From an uncultured Bacteroides sp. (lineage in GTDB: Bacteria > Bacteroidota > Bacteroidia > Bacteroidales > Muribaculaceae), in contig CAZNBD010000026.1 in assembly GCA_964571405.1 (NCBI GenBank), positions 89-24,088 of the forward strand: a stretch of 24,000 nucleotides of DNA, given 5' to 3'. A program made the position numbers and the translations under genes. Below, in pieces: positions 17,336 to 24,000 of this stretch. How positions within the stretch are numbered: the stretch's first letter is position 1; each line of letters begins with the position of its first letter. The notes beneath the pieces are model-generated. The model had not been told where the DNA came from and searched no databases. It worked only from the letters and a program-made list of their open reading frames with translations.

Positions 17336-18568
17336 ATGCACAAATCTTTAATCAGACTTTTTATCCTTTTGTCCATAGTGCTTATTTCCACGGGGTCTGC
17401 CTGCGGAAGTCAGAGCACCCGGAACAGCGCGGCTGTTGAGAATGATACAGTTCCTGTGACTCCTGAGGTGGTGGTGGGCGCTGCCCGTATCAGCGAGTAC
17501 TCTCCCCTGCTCAGCGGAAAACGCGTCGGACTTTTTTCTAATCATACAGGACTGGTCGGTGAGGGTCATTCCCTTGACCTGATGCTTGAAAACGGCGTCA
17601 ATGTCACCACCCTCTTTTCTCCTGAACACGGATTCCGCGGAAATGCGGATGCCGGTGAACATGTGGCAAGCGGGATTGACGCGCAGTCCGGTCTGCCCGT
17701 GGTTTCCCTGTATGGACGTCCGGCTGCTCAGATTCTCACACCGGAGCTGATGGATAGCATTGATGTGATTGTTGTTGACATACAGGATGTGGGGCTGAGG
17801 TACTATACATATTACTGTACCATGCTGGAGCTCATGAACGCAGCAGCTGAAAACGGAAAAAAAGTACTTATCCTTGACCGCCCCAACCCTAACGGAATGA
17901 CAGTTGACGGTCCTATTTTAGATATGAATTACGCCAGCGGTGTGGGACGTCTGCCCATTCCTGTGGTGCACGGCCTCACACTGGGTGAAATGGCCCAGAT
18001 GGCAAACGGTGAGGGATGGCTCAAAAACGGACAGGCTGTTGACCTCACCGTCATACCCTGTCTCAATTATACACATCAGACCCGGTACCGCCTGCCGGTA
18101 GCACCGTCACCCAATCTCCGGACAATGTTAGCCGTGTATCTTTATCCCAGCATATGTTATTTTGAGGCCACACCCGTGAGCCTTGGCCGCGGAACGGACA
18201 AACCCTTTGAAATTTACGGACACCCGGGCATGAAGAACCGCAGTTTCTCTTTCACACCGCGCAGTGTGGACGGTGCCAAGAATCCCCCGCTCAAGGATGA
18301 ACTCTGTTACGGAGTGGATCTGAGCGGTATGGATGAGGAAGAAGCTATTGCCCAGGGCATTAATCTTCAGTATCTCATTGATGCTTATACAGACCTGGGA
18401 ATGGGAGATTCATTCTTCCGTTCATTCTTTGAAAAACTGATTGGAAAAGGAGACATCCGTGCCATGATAGAACAGGGAATGACAGCGGAGCAGATCAAAG
18501 CCACTTGGGCGGATGATGTTGCTGCTTTCCGTGTACAGAGAGCCCCTTACCTTATTTATCCGGAATGA
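17336..18568 (+). CDS. DUF1343-family protein, NamZ-like exo-beta-N-acetylmuramidase, lipoprotein
   Basis: The signal peptide ends in STGSAC (lipoprotein-like). The core motifs GLFSNHTG, LFSPEHGFRG, VVDIQDVGLRYYTY, LDRPNP and VHGLTLGEMA closely parallel B. subtilis YbbC/NamZ as I recall it. Confidence 0.85.
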   Translation: MHKSLIRLFILLSIVLISTGSACGSQSTRNSAAVENDTVPVTPEVVVGAARISEYSPLLSGKRVGLFSNHTGLVGEGHSLDLMLENGVNVTTLFSPEHGFRGNADAGEHVASGIDAQSGLPVVSLYGRPAAQILTPELMDSIDVIVVDIQDVGLRYYTYYCTMLELMNAAAENGKKVLILDRPNPNGMTVDGPILDMNYASGVGRLPIPVVHGLTLGEMAQMANGEGWLKNGQAVDLTVIPCLNYTHQTRYRLPVAPSPNLRTMLAVYLYPSICYFEATPVSLGRGTDKPFEIYGHPGMKNRSFSFTPRSVDGAKNPPLKDELCYGVDLSGMDEEEAIAQGINLQYLIDAYTDLGMGDSFFRSFFEKLIGKGDIRAMIEQGMTAEQIKATWADDVAAFRVQRAPYLIYPE

Positions 18569-18569
18569 T

Positions 18570-20048
18570 ATGGACCACGCTTTTATTGTCATAATCACCA
18601 TAGCCTGTTACTTCGGGCTGCTGATGGCCATCAGCTATTTTGCCTCCCGCGGGAGCGATAACGGAACATTCTTCACCGGCAAACGCTCCACGCCGTGGCC
18701 GCTGGTGGCATTCGCCATGATAGGTGCCAGCATATCAGGTGTAACCTTTATATCCGTGCCGGGCATGGCAGCCACCAAGGGGTACGCTTATCTCCAGATG
18801 GTACTCGGATTTATAGTCGGTTACTTTGTGATAGCTTTCCTGCTGGTACCCCTGTTTTACCGCAGAAATCTGCTCAGTATTTACGGATACCTGGAAGAAA
18901 GGTTCGGCCGCTCCACTTACCGTGCCGGCGCATGGTTCTTCTTTGTCAGCAAGATGCTCGGGGCGGCAGTCCGCTTCTTTGTGGTGTGCGCCGTGCTTCA
19001 GATCCTGGTCTTTGAGCCCCTGCATATTCCTTTTATATTTAATGTAATTGTCACCATAGGGCTTATATGGCTTTACACAGTGCAGGGGGGAGTAAAGACT
19101 CTCATATGGACAGATACACTGAAGAGTTTCTGCCTGATCATGTCAGTTATCCTCTGCATTTATTTTGTATCCGCCAACCTCGGTTACAGCTTCGGCGACC
19201 TCACCGCGGCAATAAGCAATCATGAAAGCAGCCGCATGTTCTTCTTTGACGACCCCCGCTCAGGAAATTACTTCTGGAAACAGTTCCTTGCCGGAGTCTT
19301 TATGGCAATCGCCACCAACGGCCTTGACCAGGACATGATGCAGCGCAACCTTGCCTGCAAGGATAGCCGTCAGAGTCAGAAAAACATGATTGTAAGCGGA
19401 GTGTTGCAGTTCTTTGTGGTGGCTCTGTTCCTTCTGCTCGGCACCCTCCTTCTTATATTTATGGCAGACCGCGGTGTGGCGGTTCCTGAAAAGACGGATG
19501 AAATATTCGGCATGGTGGCCAAACATCCTGATGTACCGGTTATTGTTCTCATACTCTTTGTACTGGGACTGATCTCAGCTGCCTACTCCGCAGCAGGCTC
19601 AGCCCTGACCTCCCTCACCACAAGCTTTACAGTTGACATCCTTTCTGCCCACAAGACCAAGGATGAAGCGGGCCTCACCCGCACACGTAAGGCAGTCCAT
19701 GTGGCCATGAGCGTGCTGATGGGTCTGGTGATTGTGGCATTCTATTACCTGAGCAATCAGGATGCCATCTCGGCTGTCTACACACTGGCAAGTTACACAT
19801 ACGGCCCAATCCTGGGACTGTTCGTTTACGGAATGTTCTGCAAGCGTCCCGTTCATGACAAACTCGTACCCGCCGTATGCGTCCTGGCTCCTGCGCTGAG
19901 CTGGTGCACACAGTACATCCTCCGGGATTTGTTCGGATATGAGACCAGCTTTGAACTTCTCATTATCAATGCCCTGTACACCATGGGCGGCCTGATGCTT
20001 CTCTCTGTGGGAGCAAAGAAAAAGGCTGTCCAAGCGTCAGCATCATGA
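18570..20048 (+). CDS. Sodium:solute symporter (SSS) family transporter
   Basis: It is a polytopic membrane protein of about 492 aa with 12-13 predicted hydrophobic helices. The SSS-like N-terminal region is FFTGKRSTPWPLVAFAMIGASISGVTFISVPG. I prefer the start MDHAFIV at 18570, 1 nt after the upstream TGA. The ORF-track start at 18513 lies inside the previous gene. Confidence 0.85.
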   Translation: MDHAFIVIITIACYFGLLMAISYFASRGSDNGTFFTGKRSTPWPLVAFAMIGASISGVTFISVPGMAATKGYAYLQMVLGFIVGYFVIAFLLVPLFYRRNLLSIYGYLEERFGRSTYRAGAWFFFVSKMLGAAVRFFVVCAVLQILVFEPLHIPFIFNVIVTIGLIWLYTVQGGVKTLIWTDTLKSFCLIMSVILCIYFVSANLGYSFGDLTAAISNHESSRMFFFDDPRSGNYFWKQFLAGVFMAIATNGLDQDMMQRNLACKDSRQSQKNMIVSGVLQFFVVALFLLLGTLLLIFMADRGVAVPEKTDEIFGMVAKHPDVPVIVLILFVLGLISAAYSAAGSALTSLTTSFTVDILSAHKTKDEAGLTRTRKAVHVAMSVLMGLVIVAFYYLSNQDAISAVYTLASYTYGPILGLFVYGMFCKRPVHDKLVPAVCVLAPALSWCTQYILRDLFGYETSFELLIINALYTMGGLMLLSVGAKKKAVQASAS

Positions 20049-20989
20049 CCCCGGATATAATCAACCGTTATATTTGGCTGATTGACACTGTACGGCAGTA
20101 CGGCTCCATCTCACGCGCCGAACTGAGTAAATGCTGGATGCGCTCCACTCTCAGTGACGGGCGGCCGCTGGTGCGCAGAACCCTGTATAATTACCGCCAG
20201 GCAATACAGCAGATGTTCAATATTGATATCCGCTGTAATCCCGCCACCAACGAGTATTATATTGCGGAGGAAGGCAAGGACTTGAACGGCCTGACACAGT
20301 GGCTTGTGAATTCCAACAGTGTCAGCAGGATACTTTCATCAGCCACAGAAGTGGCAGACAAGGTGTTTCTGGAGGAAGTGCCGTCATCCAACGGCTGGCT
20401 GGCTGTCATCCTGGAGGCGCTGAAAGAGAACAGGTATATCAAATTTGATTACCAGAGCTTCAGCAAGTCCGCCCCTGCGGCAGGTATAGTTTTTGAACCA
20501 TATCTTGTCAAACTCTTCCGTCAGCGCTGGTACCTGACCGGACGCCCGCGCAAGGGTACCCAGATGCGTACATATGCCCTGGACCGCATCACAGACCTGA
20601 AGCTGCTGCCAGAGACCTTTGAGCCGGATCCGGATTTTGACGGCAACGAGTATTTCAAGAATTCATTCGGAATTGTTGTCACATCCAATCAACCGCGTAA
20701 AATTGTGATCAGAAGCACACCCCGGCAGGCAAAATATTTCCGGGCACTTCCGCTGCACCATACACAGCAGGAAACCATACATGATGATTATTCGCTGTTC
20801 ACACTGCGCATGCGCCTGAGTGACGACTTTGTTGAGGAACTGCTCCGTTACGGTTCAGAAGTGGAGGTTCTGGAGCCTCAGGAACTGCGAACCATCATGG
20901 CCACGCGTCTGCGTCAGGCCGCTGCTCTGTATGAGCTGGAGAAAAGCTCCACCAGGCTCTCAGACTTGCGCTCACCTTATTACTTCTGA
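20045..20989 (+). CDS. WYL-domain transcriptional regulator (wHTH-WYL-WCX architecture)
   Basis: 314 aa. The N-terminus is winged-helix-like (YGSISRAELSKCW...RTLYNYRQAI). The central region YIKFDY...FEPYLVKLFRQRWYLTGR...RTYALDRI contains the eponymous WYL motif. The C-terminal ...FVEELLRYGSEVEVLEPQELR is typical of the WCX extension. Its ATG overlaps the symporter stop (ATGA, 20045-20048). Confidence 0.8.
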   Translation: MTPDIINRYIWLIDTVRQYGSISRAELSKCWMRSTLSDGRPLVRRTLYNYRQAIQQMFNIDIRCNPATNEYYIAEEGKDLNGLTQWLVNSNSVSRILSSATEVADKVFLEEVPSSNGWLAVILEALKENRYIKFDYQSFSKSAPAAGIVFEPYLVKLFRQRWYLTGRPRKGTQMRTYALDRITDLKLLPETFEPDPDFDGNEYFKNSFGIVVTSNQPRKIVIRSTPRQAKYFRALPLHHTQQETIHDDYSLFTLRMRLSDDFVEELLRYGSEVEVLEPQELRTIMATRLRQAAALYELEKSSTRLSDLRSPYYF

Positions 20990-21064
20990 ATTCACATATA
21001 GATGGAATACGGTATTATTTTCAGCTTTTTGCACCCGTTGTGCTTGTATTTGGAAAATTTTGAC

Positions 21065-21072
21065 TATATTTG
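21065..21072 (+). promoter_or_regulatory. Candidate -7 box (TATATTTG) for secDF
   Basis: It is an exact TAnnTTTG match about 55 nt upstream of the secDF ATG. There is no well-spaced -33 element. Confidence 0.4.
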
Positions 21073-21126
21073 CGAGCTGAAATCGTAATTTGTAAAATCA
21101 TTAACAATTAAACCATATCAAACTTC

Positions 21127-24000
21127 ATGCAAAGTAAAGGAAAATTGGGCAGTACCGTCGCCGGTATTATCGCTGTTTTCTTGGTACTTATCTGTTTGTT
21201 TTACCTCTCGTTCACTTACATCAGCAGTAATTACGAGGGAAAAGCAGATCAGTATGCCAAGGTAATGAGCGGTGATAACGATGACCAGGCCTACAACCAG
21301 GCTTACAAACACTTCATGGACTCCCTCGGGGAGAAGAAAGTTTACCTCGGTTATTATACCCTTAATGATGTCCGCAAGTGGGGCGTAGGACTCGGTCTGG
21401 ACCTCAAGGGTGGTATGAACGTAATCCTTCAGGTGGACATGGCAGATATGCTGCGTTCCATGAAGAGCGGTGCAACAGACTCCGTTTTTGAACGTGCCCT
21501 CAGCGGTGCAAACGCACGCGTAACTTCAGGTCAGACAGAGGACTTTGTCGGCTCTTTCGTTGAACTTTATCGTCAGGAAAAACCCGCGGCTGACTTTGCC
21601 GTTGTTTTCCAGGGAATCGTTCCCAACGGAGCTTCAGACGGTTCTGTTGCCGCCACTCTTAAGAGCCAGGTTAAAGACCGTGTTGACAACTCAGCCACAA
21701 ACGTTCTCCGTAACCGTATTGACCAGTTCGGCGTTGTTTCTCCTAACATTCAGGTACTTCAGGGTAAGGACGGACAGATTCTCCTTGAGCTCCCCGGTGT
21801 TAAGGACCATGACCGCGTTCGCCAGCTGCTCCAGCGCTCTGCAAACCTGGAGTTCTATGAAACATATAATGCTGAAGAATTTGCTCCCGTACGTCAGCGT
21901 CTGGCTCAGTATGCAGCTGCTGACACCACCGGTACCGCACAGGCTCTCTTAACCCTCCTGGCCAACCCCGGTTACGGTGCAACAGTAGGTTTTGCTCCTG
22001 ATCAGCGCGCCATGCAGCAGATCAGCGCAATCCTTGAAACTCCCGCAGCACGCAATATCCTGCCCAATGACCTCAAACTCAGCTGGGCGGTTAAACCCAC
22101 CATTCATCAGGATGAAAATGGCGTGGAACAGAACCTCGGTTTTGCACTCTATTCTCTGCGTGCCACCGGTGGTCAGCCCGTTCTGGACGGTACTGCAGTT
22201 TCTGACGCTACTTCCAACTATGACCCCAACCGCGGTAATGAAGTAAGCATGCGCATGACCTCCGAAGGCGCTCGCAACTGGGCTCGCATCACAGGTCAGA
22301 ATATCAACCGTCAGGTTGCCATCGTTCTTGACGGCATGGTTTACTCCGCTCCTAATGTAAATGACAAGATTGAAGGCGGACAGAGCTCAATCACCGGTGA
22401 CTTCTCTCTTGAAGAAGCCCGTGACCTTGCCAACGTCCTCAAGAGCGGTCGTATGGACGCACGCGTAACCATCATCTCAGACATGGTTGTAGGTCCCTCT
22501 CTGGGTAAGGCAGCCATCAAGGCCGGTGTCACCTCATTCATTGTGGCACTTGTCCTGCTGATGATCTTCATGATTGCTTTCTACGGAGTGGTTCCCGGTC
22601 TGATCGCCAACCTGTGCCTTATCTTCAACCTGTTCTTCACCATCGGTATCCTGGCTTCCTTCCAGGCCGTGCTCACCATGAGCGGTATTGCCGGTATCGT
22701 GCTTGCACTCGGTATGGCTGTGGATGCCAACGTGCTTATCTTTGAACGTACCAAAGAAGAGCTCCGTGCCGGAAAGACAGTCCGCAACGCTCTTGCAGAC
22801 GGTTACTCAAATGCCTTCAGCGCAATCTTTGACTCCAACCTGACTTCAATTATCACAGGCGTTATCCTGCTGCTCTTCGGAACAGGTCCCATCAAGGGTT
22901 TTGCCACAACACTTATCATCGGCCTTGTCTGCTCATTCTTTACAGCAGTTTACCTGAGCCGTCTGTTCTTCAACTGGTACTCACGCACCAGCGGATTCAA
23001 CAAACTCACATTCAGCACTGCTCTGAGCAAGAAGATGTTTGTCAACGCCAACATCAACTTCCTGGGTCAGCGTAAAGTTTCCGCTGTTATCTGTGTGGCT
23101 CTCATTGCTCTCCTGATTGTGTTCCTCTGCACCAAGAGCCTCAAGCAGGGCATTGACTTCTCCGGTGGACGTAATTACATTGTCAAGTTTGAACAGCCCG
23201 TTGACGCTCCTGAACTTGAAAGTCTCCTTACAGAAGCATTCCCTGATGCATCAACAAGCGTTATTACAATTGAATCCTCAAACCAGGTACGCGTTTCTAC
23301 CAACTATAAGATTGAAGCTCAGTATGACGGACAGGAAACCGAAAACGAAATCACCGGAATCCTTTACGATGTTCTGAAGCCTTACATGGCAGAAAACGTT
23401 ACTCCGGAAATGTTCTCAACATCTGACGTCAATTACGGTCTGGTATCTTCTCAGAAGGTAGGTCCGTCTGTGGCTGATGATATGAAGAAGGATGCTGTTA
23501 TAGCAGTGACCATCGCACTTCTGGCAATGTTCCTGTACATCCTGGTACGTTTCCATAATATCGCCTTCTCAGTTGGTGCTCTTGCAGCCGTTGCTTTCAC
23601 AGCATTCTGCATCATCGGCTTCTACTCAGTATTCTATGGCATCTTCCCCTTCGCCATGGAAATTGACCAGAGCTTCATAGCGGCCATATTGACGGTGATA
23701 GGTTACCAGATTAACGATACGGTGGTGGTATTTGACCGTATCCGTGAGAACACCGCTCTGTATCCCAAACAGAACTTCTTCAATCTGGTCAATACATCAA
23801 TCAACACCACACTGAGCCGTACCATCATGACATCCGCCTCTACCCTGCTCGTGCTGCTGTGTATCTTCATCCTCGGTGGTGACTCAATCCGCAGCTTCAC
23901 ATTTGCAATGCTCTTCGGTGTCATCGTAGGTACCCTGGCAACCATCTATGTTGCATGTCCTGTGGCATACATCATTGATGGCCGCCGCAAAAAAGCATAA
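21127..24000 (+). CDS. secDF: Protein translocase subunit SecDF (fused SecD-SecF)
   Basis: 957 aa. It has an N-terminal TM helix, a large periplasmic domain (GLDLKGGMNVILQVD, LEFYE) and two six-TM blocks with SecD and SecF signatures (GIAGIVLALGMAVDANVLIFER; GYQINDTVVVFDRIREN). The stop TAA forms the last three bases of the window. Confidence 0.93.
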   Translation: MQSKGKLGSTVAGIIAVFLVLICLFYLSFTYISSNYEGKADQYAKVMSGDNDDQAYNQAYKHFMDSLGEKKVYLGYYTLNDVRKWGVGLGLDLKGGMNVILQVDMADMLRSMKSGATDSVFERALSGANARVTSGQTEDFVGSFVELYRQEKPAADFAVVFQGIVPNGASDGSVAATLKSQVKDRVDNSATNVLRNRIDQFGVVSPNIQVLQGKDGQILLELPGVKDHDRVRQLLQRSANLEFYETYNAEEFAPVRQRLAQYAAADTTGTAQALLTLLANPGYGATVGFAPDQRAMQQISAILETPAARNILPNDLKLSWAVKPTIHQDENGVEQNLGFALYSLRATGGQPVLDGTAVSDATSNYDPNRGNEVSMRMTSEGARNWARITGQNINRQVAIVLDGMVYSAPNVNDKIEGGQSSITGDFSLEEARDLANVLKSGRMDARVTIISDMVVGPSLGKAAIKAGVTSFIVALVLLMIFMIAFYGVVPGLIANLCLIFNLFFTIGILASFQAVLTMSGIAGIVLALGMAVDANVLIFERTKEELRAGKTVRNALADGYSNAFSAIFDSNLTSIITGVILLLFGTGPIKGFATTLIIGLVCSFFTAVYLSRLFFNWYSRTSGFNKLTFSTALSKKMFVNANINFLGQRKVSAVICVALIALLIVFLCTKSLKQGIDFSGGRNYIVKFEQPVDAPELESLLTEAFPDASTSVITIESSNQVRVSTNYKIEAQYDGQETENEITGILYDVLKPYMAENVTPEMFSTSDVNYGLVSSQKVGPSVADDMKKDAVIAVTIALLAMFLYILVRFHNIAFSVGALAAVAFTAFCIIGFYSVFYGIFPFAMEIDQSFIAAILTVIGYQINDTVVVFDRIRENTALYPKQNFFNLVNTSINTTLSRTIMTSASTLLVLLCIFILGGDSIRSFTFAMLFGVIVGTLATIYVACPVAYIIDGRRKKA

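Noticed and set aside
21118-21312. 64-aa hydrophobic ORF antisense to the secDF start
   Set aside because: It is the mirror image of the SecDF N-terminal transmembrane helix region. It has no independent expression signals.
1-24000. Whole-window search for CRISPR arrays, rRNA, integrases or transposases, and long repeats
   Set aside because: None was found by eye. The only tandem repeat is the 2 x 30 nt unit in parC. The intergenic regions (all about 200 nt or shorter) are accounted for by promoters and terminators and are too short for known large ncRNAs.

Overview
The window looks like a Bacteroidota (Bacteroidales-type) chromosomal segment of roughly 50% GC. Supporting this, TAnnTTTG '-7' promoter boxes sit upstream of most transcription units, secD and secF are fused, Shine-Dalgarno signals are weak, and many genes are joined by ATGA/GTGA overlaps. 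I call 21 protein-coding genes and 1 tRNA. Most are housekeeping: pgk (3' part), a SAM-dependent methyltransferase, menA, pyrD and pyrK, tRNA-Met(CAU), glgB, RNase H1, a divergent Ald-family dehydrogenase, aroK, mscL, ptb-buk, an S41 peptidase, a predicted outer-membrane barrel protein, parC and secDF. Two parts look accessory or unusual. The first is a low-GC (~36-38% by hand count) higB-higA toxin-antitoxin islet between parC and the next operon, with an 18-bp perfect palindrome over its promoter. The second is a translationally coupled unit of a lipoprotein DUF1343/NamZ-like exo-muramidase, an SSS symporter and a WYL-domain regulator. I found no CRISPR array, integrase, transposase, rRNA or multi-gene defence island. 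The NamZ-SSS-WYL unit is my best candidate for something undescribed, but the evidence is contextual only. Smaller oddities are an intrinsic terminator abutting the pyrK start codon downstream of a tRNA, a C-rich/G-poor tract encoding a ~52-aa tail on butyrate kinase, and a 30-bp tandem duplication at the parC 3' end. All homology calls come from motif recognition by eye, not database searches.
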